Positions 14,226-23,335 of a stretch of 24,000 nt of DNA are shown here, piece by piece. The stretch is from sequence record MK448806.1. The stretch is one strand, 5' to 3'. Position numbers and translations under genes: made by a program. The stretch is from Streptococcus phage Javan565. The first letter of the stretch is position 1. Each line of letters opens with the position of its first letter. Below the pieces are notes generated by a model. The model saw nothing but the letters and a program-made list of their open reading frames with translations, was not told the origin of the DNA and ran no database searches.

Positions 14226-14333
14226 AATACCCCCCGTCCGAAAAAAAGTGGCGATTTTACCCAACCCCCATGACCGGCGGCAAGTTTTCCGACCAAAAAT
14301 CGGGGTATGCGTGCGTAATTAGGGGAGGGGGGT
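14226..14333. other. Candidate cos region
   Basis: Non-coding G/C-tract-rich DNA (CCCCCCGTCCG...CCAACCCCCATGACCGGCGG...AATCGGGGTATGCG...AGGGGAGGGGGG) between HNH and TerS. Confidence 0.45.
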
Positions 14334-14357
14334 AAATAACGAAAAAGGAGTTGACTA

Positions 14358-14675
14358 ATGAAAATTGGCGAATTAAAAAATGAGCTTATGAGTCTCATAA
14401 ATATGGATAGTCAAATTGAAGTTGAAAAGGTTGAGCGCTATCTGAATTTGGTCAAAATTTACAAAGAATTAGACAAGACTTTGAAAAAAGATGGCTACAT
14501 GATTGTAGTGAAAAATGGAGCTCAAAGTTTTCTAAAAGCAAACTCTGCTATTGGGGAAAAAGTCAAGATTAATCAGGCTTTGATAAAGCTCGGTGAGTTT
14601 TTTGACAAGAAGCAAGAGGAACGAGATGCGGCCTCAAAAAATACAAATTTTGCTGATCCGAATGAGTTCTTGTAG
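14358..14675 (+). CDS. Terminase small subunit, P27-like
   Basis: VERYLNLVKIYKELDKTLKKDGYMIVVKNGAQSFLKANSAIGEKVKINQALIKLGEFF; directly upstream of TerL. Confidence 0.8.
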   Translation: MKIGELKNELMSLINMDSQIEVEKVERYLNLVKIYKELDKTLKKDGYMIVVKNGAQSFLKANSAIGEKVKINQALIKLGEFFDKKQEERDAASKNTNFADPNEFL

Positions 14676-14688
14676 GCGGTGATGGCAT

Positions 14689-16419
14689 GTGATTAAGTAT
14701 GTGCGAGATTACATAGATGAATATGAGTCAGGAACGATTTTATTCAATCAAGAACGCGTCGATTTAGTTGCTTATATTTATCGTGAAATCGTTCCGAGGT
14801 TAGACAAAAAAGAGGTTTATTTTGATGAAAAAATGATAGAAAATTGTATCAAATTCATCGAAAAATGGTTCTTTAAGCTCGAAAATTTTCAAAAATTTAT
14901 CATTTCTTTTGTATTTTTAAGGTACTCAGCCAATGATAGGAATGTTTATAAAACTATCTTGATTATGATGGGGCGTGGTGGTGGTAAGAATGGTCTGGTT
15001 TCAGGGATTATTGCTTTTCTGCTCAGCCCTTTTCATGGGATAAAAAATTATAATGTTTCTCTGGTTGCGAACTCGGAAGACCAGGCGAAGACGAGTTTCG
15101 AAGAGATTTACAATACTATTGAGTCAAATCCTAAGTTAAAAGAAATATATTACAATACAAAGTCTGAAATCAAGTCTCTTCATACCAATAGTGTCATGCG
15201 GTTCCGTACTTCGAATGGTAATACCAAAGATGGTTTGCGTGATGGTATGGTGGTGTTTGATGAGATTCATCAATATGAGTCCAATAAGGATGTTCGTGTT
15301 CACAAGTCTGGTCTTGGTAAGGTTAAAAATTCTCGTGAGTTCTACATTGGTACGGATGGGTATGTTCGTGAGGGGTTCATCGATAGCATGAAGGAGAAGG
15401 CGAAGAAGGTTCTGAGCGGTGAGGCTCGCTGGAACTCGATGTTTGTCTTTATTTGTAAGATTGATGAAGAGAAAGAGGTGGATGATAAGGAGAAGTGGCA
15501 AAAGGCTAATCCTATGTTCCATCGTCCGATGAGCGAGTATGCTGAAGAGCTGTTTGATGTGGTCTGTGAGCAGTATGATGAGATGATTGAGGATCCGTCA
15601 AACCGTGAGGAGTTCATGACGAAGAGGATGGATTTTCCTGTCATGGATACTGAGCGTAGTGTGGCGACTCATGAGGAATTGGTGGCGACTAAGCGTGATT
15701 TCCCTGATTTGAGGGATGAAATTTGTATTGGTGGCTTGGACTATGCTGCTGTTCGTGACTTTGCTGCTGTCGGGTTGTTGTTCAAGGTCGGTGATGACTA
15801 TGTGTGGTTGTGTCATTCGTTTGTTCGGAAGGAGTTTGTTGATACTTACTATGGGTATTCTCGTCCGAAAGATTCTGTTAATGGGAAGCGTCAGTTTGCT
15901 CCGATTAAGAAATGGGAAGATGAGGGTTTGTTAACGGTTATTGATGAACCGACTATTAATCCTAGGTATGTGGTTGATTGGTTCGTGCGGATGAGGGATG
16001 AATATGGCTATGACTTGCAACGGATTGTGGCTGATAACTATAAAATGGATCTTCTGAAGCCTTTCTTTGAGAAAGAGGGGTTTGAGGTTCAGTTTAAGGG
16101 GGAATTTGAAGCTCCAGCTGGTTATCAGGTCGAAGTTTTACGGAATCCGAAGGCTAGTGATAGTTTGGTTGCTCCTAAAATTGAGACGGCTTTTGCTCGG
16201 CATAATGTTATCTTTGGTAAGAATGACATGATGCGGTGGTATACGAATAATGTACTTAGGAAGTTAAAGCCAGATGGTAATGTTGTCTATGATAAGAAGG
16301 AGGATACGAGGCGTAAGACGGATGGTTTTAAGGCGTTTCAGTATGCTATGTGGCGTTCTGGCCAGCTTGATATTGAGGTTGATTTGGAATTTTATGATGA
16401 CGTAATGGAGTGGTATTGA
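14689..16419 (+). CDS. Terminase large subunit
   Basis: LIMMGRGGGKNGLVSGI (Walker A-like), DGMVVFDEIHQYE (Walker B-like), GGLDYAAVRDFAAVGLLF nuclease region. Confidence 0.96.
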   Translation: MIKYVRDYIDEYESGTILFNQERVDLVAYIYREIVPRLDKKEVYFDEKMIENCIKFIEKWFFKLENFQKFIISFVFLRYSANDRNVYKTILIMMGRGGGKNGLVSGIIAFLLSPFHGIKNYNVSLVANSEDQAKTSFEEIYNTIESNPKLKEIYYNTKSEIKSLHTNSVMRFRTSNGNTKDGLRDGMVVFDEIHQYESNKDVRVHKSGLGKVKNSREFYIGTDGYVREGFIDSMKEKAKKVLSGEARWNSMFVFICKIDEEKEVDDKEKWQKANPMFHRPMSEYAEELFDVVCEQYDEMIEDPSNREEFMTKRMDFPVMDTERSVATHEELVATKRDFPDLRDEICIGGLDYAAVRDFAAVGLLFKVGDDYVWLCHSFVRKEFVDTYYGYSRPKDSVNGKRQFAPIKKWEDEGLLTVIDEPTINPRYVVDWFVRMRDEYGYDLQRIVADNYKMDLLKPFFEKEGFEVQFKGEFEAPAGYQVEVLRNPKASDSLVAPKIETAFARHNVIFGKNDMMRWYTNNVLRKLKPDGNVVYDKKEDTRRKTDGFKAFQYAMWRSGQLDIEVDLEFYDDVMEWY

Positions 16420-16472
16420 GATGGATTGACTTATGTGTGGAATTTTTTTAATAGCGGAAAGCGAGGAATCTT

Positions 16473-16721
16473 ATGAATAAACGCATGAAGAAGAAATACA
16501 AGCCTATCAAAGAGTTATGGGATTGTTTGGAATGGTTCGGCTTTAGGTTGAATAGGCATAGTGCTAGGTTGGACGGCATTGATAATCGTTTGGATAATCT
16601 GGAAGGTATTCATTCAGTCAACGTACAGGCAATCAACCAGAAGTTCAAGGAATACGATAAACAGATTGAAAGTCTGGAACGTGAAATCAAGCGTCTTAAA
16701 AAGCCGTTTTGGAAACGTTGA
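16473..16721 (+). CDS. Small coiled-coil phage protein (82 aa)
   Basis: MNKRMKKKYKPIKELWDCLEWFGFRLNRHSARLDGIDNRLDNLEG... Confidence 0.65.
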   Translation: MNKRMKKKYKPIKELWDCLEWFGFRLNRHSARLDGIDNRLDNLEGIHSVNVQAINQKFKEYDKQIESLEREIKRLKKPFWKR

Positions 16722-16763
16722 GGAGGGGATCCGACATCTTGACTGGTAGGAAAGACTACTTAA

Positions 16764-16795
16764 AACCGTGTCAATGTGGCACGGTTATTTTTTTT
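16764..16795 (+). terminator. Intrinsic terminator after packaging genes
   Basis: AACCGTG-(9 nt)-CACGGTT then A and TTTTTTTT. Confidence 0.85.
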
Positions 16796-16830
16796 GCTTT
16801 TTTTAAAAGTTTTGCGCATTTTTACCATTT

Positions 16831-16858
16831 TTGCACTTTTTGTTTGAGAAGATATAGG
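16831..16858 (+). promoter_or_regulatory. Weak candidate promoter of the ncRNA/tRNA unit
   Basis: TTGCAC-16 nt-TATAGG. Confidence 0.3.
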
Positions 16859-16859
16859 C

Positions 16860-17660
16860 GTTTAAGGGTGCCAGGAAGAGATATTTGTTATTTTTGCGTC
16901 AATATTTTTTGATGAACACTTTCTTTTTTAATCGAACCTGGTATCGATTCTGTTAGGGCTTAGCCTAGATAATCCGTGGCGACACGGGAAAGCTTTGATT
17001 CGGTTGTGTCAATCTTAGCGCCAGCAATGGTCATTCTAAGCAATCCAATCCTTATGGTATCAGTTTGGTATCAGTGTATGAAGTCAAAGCGTTTTGCTAG
17101 AGCCAATCGGTGAGGTGCTACGTCGGTAGTGCGTGAGACGAATGCATAGGAGGAAGGAGCTACTTTAGTTCGAGGGTCGCGCCGAGAGCGGGTGGTATGT
17201 CAATGGTTTGTGGGTTGACTACCCATGAGGTGTTGATGAGTCTGAGTGCTGCTAACACGAGGATAATGGTAGGCGTTGCGCATTTTGTTCTCCAAAAGAG
17301 GATGAAACGCATGGCAATGCACGTCTACGATACGACTAGGGAAATATGTGTGTGTTATATGATTCAACAAAAACATTATTTAAAAGCAAAAGTCATTGCC
17401 CGTCACAAATGGAAAGTGTACTTCGGTAGCTAGGCTACCCACTCAAATCTCGCAAGGATGAGAGTGAAGTCGAAGAGTAAAGCAGCTTAGACCTTTAGCG
17501 GGGTTTTCGTTAATTGAAAAACGGCTTAGTAGTTTGTGACGTAAGGGGTGGTTGGTCTAACCAACCGTGCATGATTGGTACTGGGAGGGATTTCAGTGGA
17601 TAAGCAACTAAACAATAAGGTTGTGAAAGACAATCGTTTAGACGTGTAATCTCAGCGTTT
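16860..17660 (+). ncRNA. Candidate large structured non-coding RNA (GOLLD/ROOL-like by size and context)
   Basis: About 0.8 kb without credible genes; many local hairpins (CCGTG-GCGA-CACGG, TGGGT/ACCCA, GGTAGC-TAG-GCTACC, GGTTGGT-CTA-ACCAACC, CTAAAC/GTTTAG); immediately 5' of two tRNAs and bounded by two terminators. Confidence 0.6.
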
Positions 17661-17666
17661 TCTTGG

Positions 17667-17739
17667 GGGAACATAGCTCAGTTGGTAGAGCAACGGATTG
17701 AAGCTCCGTGTGTCGCAAGTTCGATTCCTGCTGTTCCCG
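17667..17739 (+). tRNA. tRNA-Phe (anticodon GAA)
   Basis: GGGAACA/TGTTCCC acceptor, GCTC/GAGC D-stem, ACGGA-TTGAAGC-TCCGT anticodon arm, T-loop TTCGATT; one A-C mismatch in the T stem; no encoded CCA. Confidence 0.9.
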
Positions 17740-17744
17740 TTTTT

Positions 17745-17815
17745 AGGCCTTTGGTGTAGTGGTAACATGGCAAGTTCCAACCTTGTTGTCGTGGGTTCGA
17801 TTCCTACAAGGTCTG
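17745..17815 (+). tRNA. tRNA-Trp (anticodon CCA)
   Basis: AGGCCTT/AAGGTCT acceptor, GTGT/ACAT D-stem, GCAAG-TTCCAAC-CTTGT anticodon arm, GTGGG-TTCGATT-CCTAC T arm. Confidence 0.9.
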
Positions 17816-17845
17816 TAAATTTGTGGTGCTGAGAGGAGCATTGTG

Positions 17846-17864
17846 AGACTTTCTAAGTCTTTTT
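17846..17864 (+). terminator. Small intrinsic terminator after tRNAs
   Basis: AGACTT-TCT-AAGTCT then TTTT. Confidence 0.55.
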
Positions 17865-17907
17865 AATGACTATCATTGCACGAAAGTTCGCTAGAACGGA
17901 GGTATCT

Positions 17908-19116
17908 GTGGGACTATTAGATGTTTTTACATTCAAAAAATCTGCATCTTTTGATGAGTCTTTAGGTGACGATGGAGAGATAAAGGAAATTAGTCAGAAT
18001 ATCGCATTGAAATCTGCGGCTCTTTCAAAAGTCGCTAACTATGTTGGCAGGAGCCTTTCTAAAGCGAAGTTTGTACTGAAAGGTGTAGATACAAGTAATT
18101 ATTCTGATTGGCTTTATTTGTTGAATGTCTGCCCTAATCCAAATCAATCTGCTTCAGAATTTCTTTCTGAGATTGGGAAAAAATTAATCAAGGATGGCGA
18201 GGTATTACTGGTAGTTATCGATGGAAAACTTTATGTTGCTGAATCATATTCGACCGAAGAATCCAGTTTGAAAGGGAATCGCTATCGTGTTAGTACGATT
18301 CAAGGGATGACAGTTGATGAGGTTTTTGAACACGATAAGGTTATTTTTATCGAGAATGAAAATGAATCTTTAGCTAATTTTACTGAACAATTATGGACAG
18401 ATTATGGTGAATTGCTTGGTCGGTTGATTAATCGTCAGAAGACTGCTAATCAGATTCGCTTTACTCTAGGTCTTCCAAAAGATCAGGTTAGAGAAAAAGC
18501 CCAGGAGTTTGCTGACGGTAAGGGAAAACAAAATGTACAGCAAAAATTCTTCCAACGTGTTGTTGAGAGGATTAAAAAAGATTCTGTAGTTGCGATTCCT
18601 TTAAATAAAGATGGTGCGTATAACGAGTATTCGAATCGCTATTCCTCTAAAGCTTCTTTTGTTGATGATATCAAACAGGTTAAGAACCAGTACATTGATG
18701 ATGTTTGTGAAATGGTAGGCATCCCGCCTGCTCTAATTCACGGAGAATTAGCTGATAATCAGAAAAATCATGAACAGATGATAGAGGTGGTTATTGAACC
18801 AATCATTAGAAAGCTGATTGATGGTTTGCAGGTTGCTATATTCTCTGAGGAGCAATATGCCGAGGGAAGCTATATCAAGGCTACTGGTCTTCTTCGTCGT
18901 GATTTGTTTGATATTGCTGCAAGTGGGGATAAATTAATCGCCGCTGGTTTAGCTATGGCAGATGAGATTCGGGAGGAAATTGGTCTTGGTCCGCTCCCTA
19001 ACGGATTGGGGCAACGTCTCTATATAACGAAGAATTATCTGGAACTTAGGGAGGAAGGAGGTACTAAGGATGACGATAGTGCAAATCAAGGGACCAATCA
19101 TTCCGAACAATCATAA
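17908..19116 (+). CDS. Portal protein
   Basis: Phage portal-type ORF following TerL; GTG at 17908 preceded by CGGAGGTATCT gives MGLLDVFTFKK, a typical portal N-terminus; track start 17866 lies just behind a hairpin. Confidence 0.9.
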   Translation: MGLLDVFTFKKSASFDESLGDDGEIKEISQNIALKSAALSKVANYVGRSLSKAKFVLKGVDTSNYSDWLYLLNVCPNPNQSASEFLSEIGKKLIKDGEVLLVVIDGKLYVAESYSTEESSLKGNRYRVSTIQGMTVDEVFEHDKVIFIENENESLANFTEQLWTDYGELLGRLINRQKTANQIRFTLGLPKDQVREKAQEFADGKGKQNVQQKFFQRVVERIKKDSVVAIPLNKDGAYNEYSNRYSSKASFVDDIKQVKNQYIDDVCEMVGIPPALIHGELADNQKNHEQMIEVVIEPIIRKLIDGLQVAIFSEEQYAEGSYIKATGLLRRDLFDIAASGDKLIAAGLAMADEIREEIGLGPLPNGLGQRLYITKNYLELREEGGTKDDDSANQGTNHSEQS

Positions 19117-19870
19117 GGACTTTTATGATGAATGGGGTATGGAATCAACTGCACCTAAAGATATAGTTTTGCCGGACAATGGCGAAGATATTGAGATTCA
19201 TATTAATTCTGGTGGTGGGTCTGTTTTTGCTGGTAGTGAGATTTTCACTGCTTTGAAATCTTATTCGGGGAAAAAGGTTGTCAAGATTGTGGGGCTTGCT
19301 GCTAGTGCGGCTTCTGTTATTGCGATGGCTGGTGATGTGATTGAGATGAGTCCTACTGCTCAGATGATGATTCACAATGTTTCTTCTTTTGCAAGTGGAG
19401 ATCATACCGCATTGCGTAAAGAGGCTGATGTCATTGAAGCGATGAATCAATCCATCGCTAATGCATATATTATCAAATCTGGTAAATCTATGGATGAACT
19501 TCTAGATTTAATGGGTGATACTACTTGGTTCACTGCTCAGAAGGCTGTCAGTTTTGGTTTGGCTGATTCGGTGATGTTTCAGGATGAATTACCTGAATTA
19601 GTAGCTTCAGAATCAACATATATTCCAGAAGGTGTTGTAAATAGTTTTTATTCGATGAAGAAGCTATGCGAGTCACAAGACAAGCTTATCAATACTGTAT
19701 TGGAACGTCTGGATAAGGTTGAGGCAGAAAACAAGGAGCGTAAGGAACAGCCTGTGGCTCATGCTGAAATCGTAGTTGATGCCGATCAGATTGAAGAAGC
19801 TGTTAAGAAAGTCATTGGAGCAGTAAAAGAAAAAGAGGCGGTTTCGCCTTTTGCAAAATTTGTTTTATAG
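19070..19870 (+). CDS. ClpP-like head maturation protease
   Basis: IEIHINSGGGSVFAGSEIFTAL, LAASAASVIAMAGDVIEMSPTAQMMIHN (nucleophile Ser and His motifs). Confidence 0.95.
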   Translation: MTIVQIKGPIIPNNHKDFYDEWGMESTAPKDIVLPDNGEDIEIHINSGGGSVFAGSEIFTALKSYSGKKVVKIVGLAASAASVIAMAGDVIEMSPTAQMMIHNVSSFASGDHTALRKEADVIEAMNQSIANAYIIKSGKSMDELLDLMGDTTWFTAQKAVSFGLADSVMFQDELPELVASESTYIPEGVVNSFYSMKKLCESQDKLINTVLERLDKVEAENKERKEQPVAHAEIVVDADQIEEAVKKVIGAVKEKEAVSPFAKFVL

Positions 19871-19881
19871 GAGTAAAAAAT

Positions 19882-21003
19882 ATGGTTATTGATTTAAAGG
19901 CAGTACCTAAGTATCGTGCTGCGGTTGGTAAATTAAGCGCTGAAATTTCTAATGGTGCAAGTCAGGAACGCCAAGAGGAACTTTTTAATGAGGCGTTCAA
20001 TATTTTAGGTACTGAAATTAATGAAATGGCATCTGATAAGTTGGAAAAATTATTTAATTTCCGAGATGCCAATCGTACACTTTCAACGGCTGAGCTTAAG
20101 TTTTTCAATGAGGTTGTGAATCCAGAGGACCCAGCAGGTGTGAAAACAGAAAAGATCATTCCAGAAGAGATGATGATTCAAGTTTTTGATGAATTGAAAG
20201 AAGAACATGAACTTCTTTCTGTGATTAATTTCAAGACAACTGGTATCAATGCTAAAGCGTTGATTTCTGAAACAGATGGTGTTGCGGTTTGGGGAGAAAT
20301 CTATAGCGAAATCAAAGGTCAGCTGAAACAAAAATTTGATGAAGTTGACTTTGGTATGAACAAATTAACGGCATTTGTTGTTCTTCCTAAAGATGCACTC
20401 AAATTCAGCTATAGCTGGTTGAAGCAATTTGTTATCGAACAAATTAAAGAGACGATGGCTGTAGCATTGGAGTTGGCGATTGTCAAGGGTGTTGGTCTTA
20501 TTAAGAAAATCGGTGAAGGTGATGAGGTTGTAAAAGAAAAAGTCATTACTTATCCGACAGATAAGGATGCAATCGCTGATCTTTCTACAATCAACCCGGA
20601 AAATGCTCCTAAAATCTTGGCACCAGTCATGAAGTACTTATCAAAAAATGATAAGGATCGTCGCAAAAAAATTCGTGGGAAAGTTCGTATCTTGGTCAGC
20701 CCAGACGATCATTGGGATTTAGAGGCACGCTTCACGAAGTTGACAGATGGAGGTGCTTATGTAACAACAGTGCCTTACGGTATTAAATTTATCGAAACAT
20801 TGGCATTAGAAAACGGTAAGGCGATTGCGTTTGTGACGGACCGATATGATGCATTGATGGCCACCAATGGTTCACTTACTATTGAGGAGTTTGACCAGAC
20901 TTTTGCTCTTGAAGATTGGATGCTTTACACAGCCAAAGGTTACTACTACGGAAAAGCTAAAGATAATCATGCCTCTGCTGTGTTGACAGTCACAGGGGGG
21001 TAA
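19882..21003 (+). CDS. Major capsid protein, HK97 fold
   Basis: Position after portal/protease; N-terminal scaffold-like region then ENPAPKILAPVMKYLSKND...YYYGKAKDNHASAVLTVTGG. Confidence 0.9.
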   Translation: MVIDLKAVPKYRAAVGKLSAEISNGASQERQEELFNEAFNILGTEINEMASDKLEKLFNFRDANRTLSTAELKFFNEVVNPEDPAGVKTEKIIPEEMMIQVFDELKEEHELLSVINFKTTGINAKALISETDGVAVWGEIYSEIKGQLKQKFDEVDFGMNKLTAFVVLPKDALKFSYSWLKQFVIEQIKETMAVALELAIVKGVGLIKKIGEGDEVVKEKVITYPTDKDAIADLSTINPENAPKILAPVMKYLSKNDKDRRKKIRGKVRILVSPDDHWDLEARFTKLTDGGAYVTTVPYGIKFIETLALENGKAIAFVTDRYDALMATNGSLTIEEFDQTFALEDWMLYTAKGYYYGKAKDNHASAVLTVTGG

Positions 21004-21009
21004 TTCCTG

Positions 21010-21189
21010 ATGAAATCAGTAAAAATCAGGGTTATTAAGCCTTTTGGAGATTGGGAAGCTAACACAATTCGTCAAGTGGGGGATGTGTTTGAGGTGTCAA
21101 AGGAGCGGTTTGCTTCTTTGTCATCTCGGGTTCCTCCGGATTTTTATGAGGTAGTTAAGTCTTCAAAAACGAAGGATAAGGAGGAGTAG
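21010..21189 (+). CDS. Small head protein (59 aa)
   Basis: MKSVKIRVIKPFGDWEANTIRQVGDVFEVSKERFASLSSRVPPDFYEVVKSSKTKDKEE. Below track cutoff. Confidence 0.6.
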   Translation: MKSVKIRVIKPFGDWEANTIRQVGDVFEVSKERFASLSSRVPPDFYEVVKSSKTKDKEE

Positions 21190-21191
21190 TG

Positions 21192-21497
21192 ATGAAAAAA
21201 GCTGCTGAATATGCTGCTAGTAAACTTGAAAACTTTAAAGAGAGGATGCGAATCACTCATAAGAACGAAGATGACAAACTTACTAGAATGCTGACTTCCA
21301 GCGCTTTGGCTATTGCTACTTTGGTTGGAGCTAGTAGTTTTGACGATACGATAGAAGAACTAGTTTTTGAAAGGGCTATGTACCTATATCATGATTCGCT
21401 AGATGAATTTCAAAAGAATTATAGTGATGAAATTGAAATTCTATATCTTCGTAACATGATAATTGCAAATGAGGGAAGTGACTATGCTACGGAGTAG
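21192..21497 (+). CDS. Head-tail connector (gp6-like)
   Basis: Helical small protein at the connector position. Confidence 0.7.
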   Translation: MKKAAEYAASKLENFKERMRITHKNEDDKLTRMLTSSALAIATLVGASSFDDTIEELVFERAMYLYHDSLDEFQKNYSDEIEILYLRNMIIANEGSDYATE

Positions 21498-21894
21498 AAA
21501 ATTTAAGCGTGAGACTACCCATAACGGCACGCTTAGAACCTTAGTTACGTTTAAACGGATGAAGGTTTCTGATGACTTCTATGAATCTAACGCAGAGACT
21601 GGAGAGAGTTTTTCTGCGTGGGGAGAAGTTCATGATGTCACTTTTCAAGATTTAGAGAGCTTGAAGGGGCGATTTTCTAAAAACGCCCTTGCTCTTGAAT
21701 CTATCAAGTCTAAAGCAATAAAAGCCTATGCGACAGTTAAAATTAGAGACCCATTGGAGGATTTTCAGCCTAAAAATTCGGACAAAGTTGTTATTCACGA
21801 TGAACGTTTTAGCGGCAAGGAATGGGATGTCATCGATGTCCAACCAGACCTCTACAACCGTATGTATTTGGTGATATTTTTGGTGGGTAGTTGA
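21484..21894 (+). CDS. Head closure / head-tail adaptor protein
   Basis: MLRSRKFKRETTHNGTLRTLVTFKRM...EWDVIDVQPDLYNRMYLVIFLVGS; position and late-module synteny. Confidence 0.7.
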   Translation: MLRSRKFKRETTHNGTLRTLVTFKRMKVSDDFYESNAETGESFSAWGEVHDVTFQDLESLKGRFSKNALALESIKSKAIKAYATVKIRDPLEDFQPKNSDKVVIHDERFSGKEWDVIDVQPDLYNRMYLVIFLVGS

Positions 21895-21895
21895 T

Positions 21896-22321
21896 ATGAG
21901 TGATTATCAATTAACTGGTATAGAACAGATTCTAAATGCGTTAGAAGCTCGTTTGGGCGAGGCGAATATGAGGCGTGTGACGAGTAAGGCGTTGCGTACG
22001 ATTGCTAAGGACCATGTAGCTCCTGAAGTTGAGGCTATGGCTAGGTCTTTTGTTGATAAGGGAAATACTGTTCGCCAGATTGTCGTTGGGAATGTGTCTT
22101 TTGCTGATTATAACATCCCGAAAATTAAGGTTGGTTGGAAGCGTTCGGACCCTGGGGATAGTCCTCGGTGGAATATTGAACACTTGAACGAGATGGGGTT
22201 TACCAGGAATGGTAAATTCTATCGCCCTAGGGGATTCGGTAAGTTGCAAGGGGTCATCGATGAATTTGGGGAGCAATTTCCTAGGTTAGCTAGAGAGGAG
22301 TTAAAGGAGTTGGTTGAATGA
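21896..22321 (+). CDS. HK97 gp10-like tail component
   Basis: Size and order; GIEQILNALEARLGEANMRRVTSKALRTIAKDHVAPEVEAMA. Confidence 0.78.
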   Translation: MSDYQLTGIEQILNALEARLGEANMRRVTSKALRTIAKDHVAPEVEAMARSFVDKGNTVRQIVVGNVSFADYNIPKIKVGWKRSDPGDSPRWNIEHLNEMGFTRNGKFYRPRGFGKLQGVIDEFGEQFPRLAREELKELVE

Positions 22322-22698
22322 GCGATATGATGAAACGCATCGGAGATTTGTTAAAACAACAACCTGAATTGGTTGATGTTGCTGTCAAACCATACTATCG
22401 TCCAGAATCTCTAGATGCAAACGAACCAAGTCTAGCCATTGTTCCAATGGCTCCTCCAAAACAAGCTAGTTTTGGGAGTGACAGAGCTCTTCAGAAAGAG
22501 TTGACCTATCAGATGAATATTGAGGCGAGTAGTAAATCAAAGGTAACAGAGATAGCTTTAGCTGTCGAAAGGGTCTTAAATGAACTAGGGTTTGTTCAAT
22601 TAAATGGTGGTCTTGATGAGTATTTTATCGAGACAAAAAGGTATGTTGATGCAAGGCGTTATCGAGGACGATCGCCCTTGTACGATATTGATTATTAG
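22318..22698 (+). CDS. Tail completion / minor structural protein
   Basis: Size, order, ATGA coupling. Confidence 0.7.
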   Translation: MSDMMKRIGDLLKQQPELVDVAVKPYYRPESLDANEPSLAIVPMAPPKQASFGSDRALQKELTYQMNIEASSKSKVTEIALAVERVLNELGFVQLNGGLDEYFIETKRYVDARRYRGRSPLYDIDY

Positions 22699-22713
22699 AA
22701 GGAGAAGAAGTAT

Positions 22714-23283
22714 ATGACAATGATTGGTTTTGAATCAATTGAGATTCGGGTACTAGATGAAGGGGAACCTGTCAAAGATACGAATGTTTTTGTGCTAGAT
22801 GGGACCCAAGATAAAGGTGCGACGAAGAAGGCTGATATTACTGGATTGACCAGTGAGATTTTCAAAACATTTGGTTCTAATTTGGTGTATCACACTAATG
22901 CAAAGGGTGTAGGAGATATTTCTGTGGGGCTTGAATTGGTAGATATTCCATTCAAGGTGCAGAACGAGATTCTTGGTCGTAAAAAGGTTGATGGTCTGAC
23001 ATCAATTGGTGTGGATACAGAGGCGCCACTATGCTCGTTGGTTATTTGGTCACATGATGGGAAGGGACAAAAAATTGGCATCGGTTTCTACAAAGGTCGT
23101 TTCTCTATGGAGGCTATTGGTGTGGAAACTAAGGAAAAAGATAATAAAGAGTTGCCTACAGAGAAATTGACCTTCGTGCCTATGGCCAGTGATGATAGCA
23201 AAACAAAAGGGACCTATGTGTCATTCGCTACAACTGACGAAGAAGTTACTAAGCTACGTCAAAACCTTAAAATCGCTGCTTAA
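22714..23283 (+). CDS. Major tail protein
   Basis: Follows completion protein; single tube-protein-size ORF before chaperone; AGAAGGAGAAGAAG-type SD. Confidence 0.88.
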   Translation: MTMIGFESIEIRVLDEGEPVKDTNVFVLDGTQDKGATKKADITGLTSEIFKTFGSNLVYHTNAKGVGDISVGLELVDIPFKVQNEILGRKKVDGLTSIGVDTEAPLCSLVIWSHDGKGQKIGIGFYKGRFSMEAIGVETKEKDNKELPTEKLTFVPMASDDSKTKGTYVSFATTDEEVTKLRQNLKIAA

Positions 23284-23335
23284 TTTCAGGGGGCGGGGAA
23301 TCCCCGTCTCCTATTTTTATTGAAAGGAAAACAAT

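Noticed and set aside
15136-15816. Minus-strand ORFs of 128, 100 and 72 aa and plus-strand 66/72-aa frames inside terL
   Set aside because: They overlap conserved terminase motifs and show no own SD/promoter; treated as spurious.
17040-17090. Tandem repeat GGTATCAGTTTGGTATCAGTG
   Set aside because: Only two short copies inside the ncRNA candidate; more likely part of its structure than a separate repeat family.
17197-17433. 78-aa plus-strand ORF (MSMVCGLTTHEVLMS...)
   Set aside because: No SD near its start and it lies entirely within the strongly structured non-coding region, crossing several hairpins; most likely a chance frame.
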